A stretch of 64,000 nt of DNA, from assembly GCA_964247055.1 (NCBI GenBank), contig OZ176050.1, positions 12,710,001 to 12,774,000 of the forward strand, written 5' to 3'. This document shows, one piece after another, positions 13,601 through 25,347 of the stretch; the first letter of the stretch is position 1, and each line of letters begins with the position of its first letter. Source of the stretch: Paragordius varius. Its lineage: Eukaryota > Animalia > Nematomorpha. The notes below the pieces were generated by a model, which searched no databases, had not been told where the DNA came from, and saw nothing but the letters and a program-made list of their open reading frames with translations. A program made the position numbers and the translations under genes.

Positions 13601-15121
13601 AGAGTGTGCATTTTAATGGTTGGTTATTACACACCATTATAGTTGGTCAATTTGCAATACACTAGTGTATGAGTAAAATAAAAAATACTTTTCTTACATT
13701 TTGTTTTTATTCATTATTTTGTTGTTTTTTTCATACATGTTGCAAATTGACAACTTTAGTGGAAATAGGCATATTTGCATCTATTTCAGATACATTAAAG
13801 ATAGGATTTAATATATATTTAATCGCGCAAATTTTAATGGATAATTGTGTGCTAAATTGAATCTATATATCTTAAGATAAAGACATATGGATGCAATTTT
13901 ATTAATATTAAGCGGTGAAACATAAATATCTTTTTTGATTCTTTCTGTTATAGGGAGCAATGGTATTAATTGCATTGTCTTAATTAAAAAAACAAGAGCT
14001 CTATGGTAATTCTTATACTTTTTTGATGAATATGATATTGTTAATACCATAGAGCTTTTGTTTTTTTCCATTCTTTACCAATTATTTATACCCATTTAAC
14101 GAAAAAAAAAATTTTGATAAAAAAGGATACATGACTGTAAGAGGTGTGATGGTATAGTAGGTAGAGCGCCGGACTCTTACACAGCCAGTGTTCGAACCCC
14201 GAAACTACGCAATTTTCATCCGGTCATCCCGGGGCAGGCGAGTGTTAAAAGCTTTCACATGCCCAGATACAATTTAAGTCCTTACCCTTTAAATAAAAAA
14301 GAAAACTTTAAATAGTTAACAGGCCAATTTATAAAATGAAATTTTCTAAATTTTTGTCAAAAGACATAAGAACATAATATTTCTAAAAAGGTTTAAGTTT
14401 GGGCCAATCTTGTACAAACGATTATGAATGCAGTACCCTGATTGTTAATAGCATTTGTCTGCCTAATCATACTTGTGGATGTAAACAGGAGTTTCATCCT
14501 GTATCGAATTCCACCTATTGTATCCCAAGTAAATACAGTTTAAGGGAAATAATTTTAATATTTCGTTATTATACCGAATATATAATAGATGAAGAAAATT
14601 TTCAATGCAAAATTCAAATGAATTTTTTATTAAACCCCCAATACTCAGACGAAATCAATCCAGCAGATGTCAAGGATCTTAAATATTTTGAGACATACGT
14701 ATTTAAAATTTATAAAATAGTTTAACAAAAAATATTTAAATGCCCTGAAAGATAATATAGTTTCTTTAAATGCGAATTTTTCGGATAAAACAGTGGATAA
14801 AATTATGATTGATTTTTATTTGAAAAATATGACACCGTCTGTAACAGCGTTGCTCCAAAGCAAAATTTTGGGAAAACGTATGAAATTGTCAAATGGGGAT
14901 GAATTTGCCGTATTAAACGAAACTTTTCAAATCACACCCCTATCTGGTAAAAATTATTAATGTATTTAGGTAATTGTGGAGACGACAACCAAACAAAGGA
15001 AAATCATTTTGTGGGAATACTATTGTGCCTTTTACTATTATTTGCCATAATAATAATCTCAGTTTTGCTACTTATATATAAAAATTATTGGAAAAATAAT
15101 GTTAATTTGATTGAGGAATAA
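1688..15121 (+). CDS. Type I membrane protein: signal peptide, 2 C-type lectin-like domains, 10 EB-like six-cysteine modules, TM, short cytoplasmic tail (~903 aa, 18 exons)
   Basis: Phase-consistent GT-AG exons: 1688-1745, 2556-2719, 3087-3253, 3565-3704, 4252-4415, 5209-5330, 5644-5765, 6174-6320, 6957-7109, 7707-7847, 8815-8934, 9464-9865, 10491-10631, 10771-10893, 12207-12341, 13024-13146, 14391-14528, 14970-15121 (sum 2712 nt). CTLD1 contains CPTDF..GKCL..SCQ..LATP, ERIWIGITDSDELGTF and WELEEPKN..NCLLL..EC..GLC. CTLD2 contains CPFE..SW..AAKIC, YWRIGI and GECLYI..QSCSEKHQLICAK. Modules follow G-x-x-C-x(4-5)-C...C...CxC...C. The last exon encodes VGILLCLLLLFAIIIISVLLLIY then KNYWKNNVNLIEE*. 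Exon 1 is the least certain. Confidence 0.85.
2205..2410. repeat. Imperfect ~110-bp tandem duplication
   Basis: AAATCAATTGAT(TTA/AAA)TTTCGTTTTG(G/T)TTAAAT occurs at ~2255 and ~2364. Confidence 0.5.
4420..4658. mobile_element. MITE family A copy; further degenerate copies at ~10008-10271, ~11147-11378, ~29888-30181, ~37311-37568, ~46391-46646
   Basis: AAATTCACCC / GGGTGAATTT unit arrays in inverted orientation around a shared core. Confidence 0.75.
7950..8244. mobile_element. TA-flanked MITE with ~90-bp TIR
   Basis: TA|CAGTGGATTAAATAAAAGAATATTGTAATAA ... TTATTACAAATATTCTTTTAATTAATCCACTG|TA. Confidence 0.7.
11740..12105. mobile_element. hAT-like MITE; relatives at ~36377-36656, ~41840-42768, and a remnant at ~16560-16592
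   Basis: ~31-bp imperfect TIR CAGGG(G/A)TGT(T/C)CAA(A/C)ACAAAT..CTTCG.GGC with GCGGCCCGC-type subterminal motifs, typical of hAT ends. The 8-bp flanks are not identical. Confidence 0.6.
14143..14290 (+). mobile_element. tRNA-derived SINE-like sequence in intron 16 of the lectin-EB gene
   Basis: Pol III box A (TGGTATAGTAGG, 14150-14161) and box B (GTTCGAACC, 14190-14198). The anticodon and acceptor stems do not pair, and an unrelated GC-richer tail follows. Confidence 0.55.
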
Positions 15122-15166
15122 CTTTTTTCGCGTGTCAAAAAATGTGCTATTAAACATGCGTAAATA

Positions 15167-16303
15167 ATGACTTTCATTAAATCATGTGTATCATGCCTCT
15201 TATCGCAACAAAGATCAAAATCGTATCTCTCGAAAGTTTTATTATACAAGAAAAATGGAAATCCTGTTGATGTGTGCCAATTAGATTCGATTCCTGTCAA
15301 TTACAATGGGGAAGCTAACAAAGTTCTTGTTTCAATTTTAGCATCGCCCATTCACCCAGCCGATATAAATAAACTCGAAGGACAGTATCCAAATATTGAA
15401 AAAACACCATTTCCAATAATTGGCGGTACTGAAGGATATGGTCAAGTTATTGCATCCTATGAATCTTGTCCGTTAAAACAAGGGGATAATGTTGTATTTG
15501 TTGGTGGCCATCGATTGGGAACTTGGCGTGATGTTGGTGTATTTGATATCCAAAATCTACATAAAATCCCGTCTCAATACAACCTTTCACCTATTATGGC
15601 GTCGCAACTCATTGTGAATCCACTCACGGCATATTTATTAATCCGCAATTTTGTAGATTTAAAACCAGGATCTAGCCTAATCCAAAATGGGGCAAACAGT
15701 GCTGTAGGTCAATTGGTAATACAATTAGCTCATACATGGAATATTAACACGATTAATATTATACGAGATCGTGAAAGTCCCGAGAAAACGGAACAACTCA
15801 TCGGATTCCTACAGGCTGTTGGAGCCAATTGCGTTTTAACTGAAAGTCAGTTACGATCCAAACTATCGGAGGTTAAAGCCAAATACGGTCCAATAAATTT
15901 GGGGCTTAATTGCGTAGGAGGACAAAATTGTACTGATATGTTGGCTTACCTTATCAATGACTCACCACCTGATTTATCATTATTGGGTTCAACAGTTCAA
16001 TCTCCTACCCTAGTAACATATGGTGGCATGTCCCGTAAACCTGTCATAATTCCAACTAAACAATTTATTTTCTCGAGACTTTGTGCAGTTGGTTTTATTT
16101 TAGATACCACGATAAAGAGTGCCGGGCATAACGCGACACCCTTGCTCTCTGCCATGATTGATGAAATTTGTCGTATGATATCACACGGACACTTATTAAT
16201 GCCAAAATGTAAAACTTTCAAATTGGAAGATTATAAGGATGCTATCAAACATGCCCAAACACCGGCAACGCAAGAGAAAACTATATTTGTAAATGTGCAA
16301 TAA
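15167..16303 (+). CDS. MECR: Mitochondrial enoyl-[ACP] reductase (trans-2-enoyl-CoA reductase, MDR superfamily), intronless
   Basis: 378-aa ORF with MECR/Etr1 motifs: ASPIHPADINKLEGQYP, GGTEGYGQV, GTWR, VNPLTAY, IQNGANSAVGQLVIQLA, LNCVGG, LVTYGGMSRKPV. The N-terminus is basic and Ser/Cys-rich, like a mitochondrial presequence. Confidence 0.93.
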   Translation: MTFIKSCVSCLLSQQRSKSYLSKVLLYKKNGNPVDVCQLDSIPVNYNGEANKVLVSILASPIHPADINKLEGQYPNIEKTPFPIIGGTEGYGQVIASYESCPLKQGDNVVFVGGHRLGTWRDVGVFDIQNLHKIPSQYNLSPIMASQLIVNPLTAYLLIRNFVDLKPGSSLIQNGANSAVGQLVIQLAHTWNINTINIIRDRESPEKTEQLIGFLQAVGANCVLTESQLRSKLSEVKAKYGPINLGLNCVGGQNCTDMLAYLINDSPPDLSLLGSTVQSPTLVTYGGMSRKPVIIPTKQFIFSRLCAVGFILDTTIKSAGHNATPLLSAMIDEICRMISHGHLLMPKCKTFKLEDYKDAIKHAQTPATQEKTIFVNVQ

Positions 16304-17558
16304 ATAAATTTATCCAATTTTTTATTGTATCTACATAATATATTGTTTTTATATTTTTGAAGGTATACTTTATATTAGAAGTGTCAAACACGCTTCCACG
16401 AATTTTGCAAACACATGTTCACTAAATCTTAGTGATATTGATATTTTTTAGATAATTTTTCGTAATAAGTTTATCCAATTGGTAAGAGTGCATTTGCTTT
16501 TTGCAGTCCTATGTTTGAAATCTAATAAAATATTTATAAATGCCTTATATCCTTCAAATGCGGCTCGCGAAGCTATTTGTGTTGGACTCCTGCATTAAAC
16601 CCTGGTAATTTTTTCATCGATTCATTCAATTTTGTAGGATTTACAAAAGATTGTAAAGAAATGTTTTGATAGTATCCCTGTCCAAATAGAATTAATTATA
16701 ATTTTGCATGAAGCCAGCTTTATATGTAATAATTCATTATCAATAATTTAGGCGCTTCTTACAAAATATTTTATTCTTTGTTTTTATCATATGCGCTATG
16801 ACGTTGTTTCTAGCAAAGTTCAATAATTTGCTTTCCCAATATATTCTATCATAGCATTCGTTTAGTCATTTGAGGCGTGGTTGTCAAAAATTAATTTATG
16901 TTAACTTACATCCAAAATTCTTGTTAATATACATGGAGTATACACGATATAATAGGAGAATTTTTAATTGTCTGTCAGATAAAGTTAAAATTTAATAAAT
17001 GTCATTTTATAAACTGTGATTTCATAACAGAAAATATCCCAAAGCCAAAATATATTAATATACTTGTCGCTGATGATTTAACAATAAAGTATTAGTATAA
17101 AATTGTCTGATATGGATATAACCTTATTTTAATTTATTAAAAAGTTAAGATTTAAGTAAAAAATTTTTTTTGAATGATTGATTGTTGCTAAAATGTGTTC
17201 TTTTAAACCTGCTTACCTGCATTTCTTTGTCAAATCAATCAAATTTATTCAATCGCCGTCTTTATCACTCATGCCCATATCTATTGTTAATGCAATATTG
17301 GAAAAGAAAAATGAGACTCTGTCAAACGAAAATTGGGATTCGGCGGAAATTAAGGATTGTAAAACTGATTTAAGACACGAAGTTTTTTCTGTTTGGCTAG
17401 AAATTAGGGTTGAACAAATTATACCCAATAATTTTATGCACTTTCAAAGCAATTTTATACCGTTTTCTGAAATAATACCCAAGGATGACAAAATAAAACT
17501 CGTAGAATTGGGGGAAAATTTAGATATTCCGACTTCTATATGCCCAATAAATTAAAAC

Positions 17559-20500
17559 ATGATTCTACCAATTACTATATGCGAAAATTTTTGTGAAAAT
17601 GGTGAGTCACGAGAAAAAGAATTGGCTAATTCGACGAATAAAGATTGCAAAACGGCTTTCGATGAGAATTGCTTAGAAAAAATCACAATGAGCTTGGTTG
17701 GTAGACCACAAGTTAGGAATATTTGTTATAATTTAAAATTTGATAATTTTAGATGCCCATTTGTTATTATTTATATACCATTTACAGTTTAAATTCACCC
17801 TTGAACAATTTAAATTCACCCTTGAACAATTTAAATTCACCCTTGAATAATTCAAATTTACCCTAAACATAAATTATGTGTTTTCGACTTAATATAATTC
17901 ATTATTAAAATAAAATATTTCTTTATGGCATACTTTATTATTTTTTCGGTATTTTTTTTTAATTTAAAACAAAATTTTATTTTTAAAAATATATATAAAA
18001 TATAGGTAATTTTTAATCTTAAAAAACACATATTTTATTTTAGGGTGAATTTGAATTGTTCGAGGGTTTAGAATTGTTTAAGGGTGAATTTGAATTGTAA
18101 ATGGCATATAACAGTATTGAATTTTCAAAATGCTATTCATATTTTGGACATTGACGAGACAAAATTTGTCAACATTCCTTAAACTTATTTTTAATAATAA
18201 AGCTCTAAAATTATGTACAGAGAAATAATCGAATTATTTAGAACATATATTTTTAGAATACTAATAGTATTTTTTATCACACGTTAAAAATTAAATAAAA
18301 TAAAGAATTCACCAAAATAGTTAAAAAATGGCACGCTTTATTGGGATTTATTCGGTTATTTGATTTAAACGATGTTACGTTTCCGTGGTAAGGAATGAAG
18401 GAAGTGATTTGAAAACCTAGTTGAAAGTGCATTCCTAAAGAACATGTTTTCAAGAAAACTGCTAAATATGTTGGAAGTATTATTTTTAGACAAAAGGAAT
18501 TGAGAATTGTTTGTTTATAATATATATACCCATAAATATATTTGACGCTATAGTTATTGCCTGATTTCTGCCAGCCTCTTAACTGATTCAGGCACCAATA
18601 TGATGAAAAATAATTATTATTCAAGAGTATTTTAAACGTTTCATGATTTTTTTTATTATGTATGATAGAAGAAATGTAACAGTTTTAATGCATATAACCC
18701 CTAACGTTTGGGGGATGTAATTTTTATTTAGGAAAATATGTACAATATTAAAAGTTATACGTTACAGGTCGGCATGAATTAGGGCTACATAAGAGAAATG
18801 GTTAGGCTTCCAAATCCTATGAATCCTTTTTTACTGCAGAGAGTATACAGGCTATTGAGCGAATATAATATACCAGCGATTAAAACCGAGACCGTTATTT
18901 GTCACACGGAAGTACAACTTTTTTTTGAAACGGTTGAAAAACTACGGTTTTCTCACTTTGTACAACGGGATTAATTTGTTTTATTTTTTAATGCTATAAT
19001 GACCTTTTATTATTATTTAAATTTATTACAAGTGTAAAATTTCCATAAGGCCTATGTGATTATACCAAAATCAAAATTATTTAACACCAGAAGCTCCAGA
19101 CATTTTTGTCAAAAATTCTATGGGGCCGGATCTGGAGCTATTTTATTTTGAAAAAATGTAGAGCCGAAACCAGATATGCAATGTTGATAATAATTTTAAA
19201 CCATATTAGATTGTGGCCTATGAATAGGGTTTTCACAGACGGCAAAATTTTATATATCATCATACGAACTAGTTTCTTAAGTAAGGAGTCGGATTATAAA
19301 GATAAAATTAACGTAATTTTAAAAATTATGCCGAAATTTGATGGTTTAAATTTATAATATATTTTTTATGGTATTTATATTGATGAATGACTGAAATTGT
19401 ATATGAAAATTATAAAAAATGTTTTGGAGCTAATTTTTAAAAGTGGTTATTAAATTTAATTATGTTTTGATGTTCAAATCTGATCTAAGCGTTTCTCCTG
19501 TAATTAAATGCGTTCATAAACCATATATTACATTATAAATTTATATGGTTGCTCATTTCACATTATTGTAGAGCAATTTGCAAACAGAAGTGTATGAAAA
19601 AGAGAAAGAAAAAAATTATTTATTCATTTTGTTGTTTTTTCCATACACTACTGTTTTGCAAATTGCTCTACAATAATGTGATATAAGCAACCGTTAATAT
19701 GCATACTATAAATTCATGATTTTTATATCTCGAAATTCTTAAAACCTTGCCGTAAATAGAAATATATCGCTTATAAAGACTAAGTTCAGCCGATCATTTT
19801 AGAGTTAGCAAAGGGTATTAGAAATGTGAACGTTGGTTTATCGTAATTGAGAGCATTTAGTTTTATTTATATTTAGGATAAACAGTTAAAAACAATTCCT
19901 GAAATCAATTTAAAGGAAGTCACTCTAGCAGAATGCGTAATGGGCAAAACCGAGGCCTACAATGTATTTATTTTATCTGAAATATTTCATACAATACCTC
20001 TCGTATGCCCACAAAAGGACGATGTAGTGTGTAATATGGAAATTTCTTGCCACCTTATGCATGGATACTTTGGGGATAACATTCATTTGGAGTTTTTAGA
20101 ACCTCAACTTAATATCAAACCATGCCGGCTATTATCGAAATGTAAAGATTTGGACATAAAACATAAAGTCATCCCAAAGGAACGCATTAAAATAGCAGAT
20201 AAAAGTTAGAAATGTTTTAATCTATTATATTTTAAGGATATTTTGACCAGTAAAAATCATATTTTATCCAGTTTTATACACCTAAACACCTAATATCATA
20301 TATTATAGGCATAACACACTTACTCATAAAAACACTTAGTCACACCTGTTTTCGAGTTTAACATATTTTGTGACCAATCTTGCTTTTATTGGGTTTAATA
20401 TTATAATTAATATTGACGTTATAATTATATTTGTAAACCACATTTCGCCTAAGGACTTACGTTTAAGAGACATTTAGCCAAGGGCTCTATATCAAAAAAT

Positions 20501-23500
20501 AGCTAAATTTATTCACACTTTATTATAAATTTTTTTAAGGTATAAGCAGACTTTATTCCAAAAAATATTACTAAAATTTACGTATAAAACTAAACAATAT
20601 TTTTTAAAAAAAATTATTTGTAGATGTAGGCTCCAAAAGTCCGAAATTTTTTCGCTCTTCTTTAATTAGCTACTTCTCTTAAAACAACCCAAAAATGCCG
20701 AAATTGTGAATATAGGCAAAATTTTGACATCAACTAAAATATCTTTTAATAAACGCACAATTTTAAACAAAATTAAGTTAAAGCCTTCTTGATAGTAGTT
20801 TGAGGCCTGATGGAAACGGTATAAAAATGATTTAAGATATTTTTAAACACTGCTCTATATGATTCAAGGATCTGAACATTTTAATTACCTCAGAATTTTG
20901 ATCAAAATATTCGTTCCCTTTCTAAAAACTTTTTTATTGTAATCTTAAACTAAATTTTGCTAAAAACAAGGTTTTTGTAAAAAGTATGCATTTTGTAAAA
21001 TATATTTTTTTGTCAAAATTTAGCATATATTTTTATCGCGCAATCCCAGCATTTTTGCGTTTATTTTAAGAGACACCCATTTTAGATGAGTGAAAAAATT
21101 TGGGACTTTTGGAGCCAACATCATAAAATTAAATTTAGAATATTGTTTCGTCTTTTATTTAAAGTTTATGATATTTTTAATAATATTTTTTGGAATGAAT
21201 TCTCTAGTACCGAAAAAATTGCAATTAACAAAATGTGCCTTTGTGCTATTTTCTGATATGGGATCTTACCACAAAAGTGTGAATATTTCTTATGTCACTC
21301 TTAAGGGCCAAAATACAAGGTACCATGATAATTTGATGCATTTTCCCATCAAAATATATATATTTCAACAGGTTATATTTTTTATTCCCTTTGTAAATTA
21401 TATAGCCCATTCTAGGCTCCAAAAATATAAAATTATCGAAACCCACTTCATTAAAATTTGAAATGGATATAGTTGTGCTTTTTATATGGAGTTATTTTTT
21501 TGGACAGCTTCTAACTGTGATTTGATATCCAAAAATCATCACAAAAGTGCTAATAATTCTTTTATCACGCGAAGGCGCAAAATTAAAAGTACTATGAAAG
21601 ACTTGATTCAATTTCTATCAGAATATTAAACTTTAGGATATGTTGTGTAGCGCTGTGAATATCTCGAAGAGTTTTACACCGTGTGCTTTAAAATATACCA
21701 AATATGTTTCAACAAAATTTTGGCAAAACTTGATTTTTTTTAGCAAATTATGTAAATAGTCTTCTTTTTTGATGTCATATTCCAGCTTATATTAAAAGTA
21801 CCGCTACATCTCTGCATTTTTGAGCTTATGCTTAAAATTTTATAGTGTTGCGACTTTCGAGCCTGCGTTTGATATACATTTTGATTTTTTTGTATTTGAT
21901 GACATTCAGGTATATACCCCAAAGCTTAAAGTAGAAAACGAGAACTGTTTTAAAAGTTGTGTTGGTTTAAATTTTATTCCACACTTTCCACAAAAAAATA
22001 AGTTGATGAGATATTTATATTCTGAAAAGAAAATGTAGCTGAATTATCATGGTGCTTTTACTTTTTCCATTGGTTTAAAAAAATATTAACACTTTTGTGG
22101 CAAGTGCCCCATATCAACAAATGGCAAATTTTGCGCACAATAAAATTAAATTTTTTGGTGTAGGCAACGAAAGTCACATCTTTTTTCTAAAATGAGCTAT
22201 TTAGCGCTTCGATACAACACATTCATTTTAGTTTTTCGAGTCAAATTGGGGTAATTAAATACCCTAGGCCTGTTTAAAACATATGGAAGGAATAAAAACC
22301 ATGACAAAATTTTGCACTTAATATAACATTAATAAACCGAAATATATAAAAAGTTTTATTCAAAAATACTTGATATTACTTATTTTAAGCTAAAACCGAA
22401 TGGTAAAAATTTAGTCAACGTGACATGTGTGCAATGTTAAAATTAAAAAGTAATACAAAATAAATCACTTTTTCTATTTATCAATGTTGATGTCATTTAA
22501 ATAAAAAATTAATTTAATTTTACTCTTAAAATTAAATGGAGACGATATTTTGCAAAAATTTTGTAAAATAAAAATGGCGTCGAAGTAGTTTGACATGAAA
22601 CTTTTTTTTCAAAATAAAATTTTATAAAGATATTTTGGAATATTAATATAATTTTTGTTAGGATAGAAGCATAAATTTAAATTAGGACCGTTTCCTTCAG
22701 TAGTTTTTTTAAAAATCATAACATAAAGTTAGTTTAGGGTATTTAGATGCCCCAAATTGAACCGAAGTGTTAAAAGAAAGGTAAAAATGCTTGCGCGTAA
22801 ATTTTTGAATATATGCTAATTGTTAGAAACTAAAAATATTTATTAAAATGCATTTTTTTAATTTAATTTTGTAAATTTTTTGAAGCGTACTTTATTATTT
22901 TAATTATGGTAATGTTGTAAAAACGCTTTATGATATTTGTATATAATTCAATGATGATAAACAGTTCTATTACAGAGAAATTTGTTTAAACTATTCGCTC
23001 CTCTTAAAATTTATGTTAAATGAATAAAGAAAATGAATCTTTAAAATGAAAATTAACACTTCGATTCAAATTGGGGTATCTAAATACCCCAGACTAAATT
23101 AAAAAAAAACTAATGAAGGAAACAGTCCCAATTTAAATTTATGCTTCTATCTTAATAAAAATTATATAAATATGCCAAAATATTTTAATAATTTGATTTG
23201 AAAAAAAAGTTCCATGTCAAACCACTTCGACGCCGTTTTATTTTGCAGAATTTTTGCAAAATATCGCCTTCATTTTAATTTTAAGGGTAAAAAAGCTAAT
23301 TTTTAATTTAAATTACATCTAACATTGATAGAAATAGAAAAAGCGATTTATTTTGCAGTATTTTATAAATTTACCATTTCACACATGTCACGTTGACGAA
23401 ATTTTTACCTCTCGGTTTCTTAAAATAAGTAATATGAACTATTTTTAATTAAAATTTCTTATATATTTCGGTTTATTAATGATATATTAGTACAAAATTT

Positions 23501-25294
23501 TGCCATGGTTTCTAATTCCATACTTTTTAAAGTTTGTGATTTTAAACTGGCATGGGGTATCCAACAACCCCAATTTGAATCGAAGGACTAAAATGAGTGT
23601 GTTGTATCCAAGTGTTAAAAGCCATAGAATGGTATGCATTATCGAACTATATAAAAATGTGATTCTATAATGTTTTAACGTTTTTACACCGTTACCATAG
23701 TGCCTCAAAAAGAAGTATGCTTCAACAAAATTTTGCAAAAACTAAATTTTATATATTCTTAAAAAATATTTTTAGCTGATATTAAATTTTAGCATATATT
23801 TAAATATTTTATGCAATCGGCATTTTTGCGTGTTATTAAAGAGTCCATTGAAGAGCAAAAAAATTGGGATCAGAGTCGACATCAATAAAATTTATTTTTA
23901 TAAAAATATTGTTTGACTTATAGATAGTTTATGAGAAATTTTAGTGATATTTTTTGGAATGAAGCATTTAGCTTTCACCAAAAAAAACTCAATTCAAGAA
24001 AAGGTGCGTGAATTTTACCATTATCTGATCTTAAGAACTTGCCACAAAAGTGCAAATAACTTTCTTGAATCACTTCTATGTGCCAAAACCAAAAGCATCA
24101 TGATAATCCTGATACATTTTTCTATCAGAATATATATTTCCTCAGCTTAATTTTTATCCCCCCGATTTTGGACGCAGTGTGAAACCCTCTTTTACCTTAG
24201 ATAAACAACTTGTTTTACAGTTTAACTATGGTATAAATTCTGATAGCTCAAAAACATTATGGAAAGCTGATAATAACATCAATTTTTATCAAATATATGC
24301 CAGTAAATTGTATCTACAAAGGATCCCAAAGTTTAAATATTTTTCACATTATAGGATTTTTGCGTGTTGTTTAAACGATTTATAAAAATAAGAAAATAAC
24401 GGCGAAAATTTTAGTATAAATATTTTTCCGTTTTCCATTTTTAAAAAATTTTTTTTTATGCGCCTAAAAGGCTAAAGAAAGCATCTTTTTAATTTAGCCT
24501 AATATTAAAATTTGCTAGCTATTTTATCCGTATAGTTTGCCTGATATTTAACATTTTCTCATACATTAACATTAATGATTGCATCAATTAAGTCATTTTA
24601 TTATTTTCCCATCTAAAAGTGGTCTGTTAATACAGTTGATGCCTGGAGGTTGAAAATTTTATTTTTCGATTGTAATGGATCACGTTTGATGTGTTACATC
24701 TGCGTCTGTTTTGATCATTATATTTAAAGATTCAATTTGATAGAGCTGCAAGTTTGAATTTAAGCTATTGGAGTCAAATAAGACAAAATGGCGGCGAAAA
24801 CTTAGATGATAAATTATTTTACAGCTTAATATTTTTTAATTTTTTTTATACATCTTACACCTAAAATGCCAAAGGAAGCATACCTTTATGGCCCAATGCT
24901 AATATTTGAGATATATAATTTTAAATGGGCCTTGGCTATAAAACTACCCTAAAAGTTCATAAAAGGTTTAAGTCGAATATTTATTCAATAATGTAGAATT
25001 ATCCCATTAGCTGTAGATCGTTCGATAAATTATAAGGGTATTTGGATTATAAATTCTATTAAATTAACTCTTAATTATATCTTTTATTAATCCTTTTTAT
25101 ATCCCATTTATACTGTATAAATTACAATTTTTTACGATTAATGTATATTTTTAATAGGTATAAAGAAAATCCAAGATCATCCTTATCCAAATTTATACGC
25201 TTTATTGGATCAATGGATTAAAAAGCAATGGAATAATTACAAAAAGCTAAATAACAGAAATGAGAGAATCAATTATTTACATAAAATGATATAA
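17559..25294 (+). CDS. Candidate spliced gene of unknown product (partial model)
   Basis: Phase-compatible chain 17559-17700, ~18333-18387 (donor GTAAGG), ~18554-18627, ~18785-18842, ~19878-20204 (a 109-codon open exon). Further candidate exons at ~21846-21910 and ~24146-24230, and a terminal-looking exon ~25157-25294 (GIKKIQDHPYPNLYALLDQWIKKQW...*). The middle of the chain could not be closed unambiguously. Confidence 0.35.
17778..18104. mobile_element. MITE family A copy
   Basis: Same TIR; 4 units on the left and 3 on the right. Confidence 0.8.
22205..22769 (-). mobile_element. piggyBac-like non-autonomous element (family D), inverted copy
   Basis: Reverse-complement homolog of 23057-23614; ends CGAAGTG|TTAA at 22769. 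Confidence 0.75.
23057..23614 (+). mobile_element. piggyBac-like non-autonomous element (family D)
   Basis: TTAA on both sides. Ends are CACTTCGATTC and GTATCCAAGTG. An 18-bp internal inverted repeat (CTTCGATTCAAATTGGGG / CCCCAATTTGAATCGAAG) is placed asymmetrically. Confidence 0.85.
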
Positions 25295-25347
25295 AATTTA
25301 TTTTTCATAAAATTGATAAATATTTTTAACGAATTAATATATTTTAA

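Noticed and set aside
15085-16221. Antisense ORFs 15085-15300 and 15997-16221
   Set aside because: They are shadows of the MECR coding strand with no recognisable motifs.
17778-17860. Tandem 21-bp direct repeats resembling a CRISPR array (also at 58064 and 61119)
   Set aside because: The units are contiguous with no unique spacers, are mirrored by an inverted arm, have no cas genes nearby, and lie in a spliceosomal-intron context. They are MITE TIRs.
24786-24805. AAAATGGCGGC (YY1-like) promoter or start motif
   Set aside because: The ATG frame stops after 5 codons, and a near-identical AAAATGGCG word is part of the family D MITE, so it is uninformative alone.
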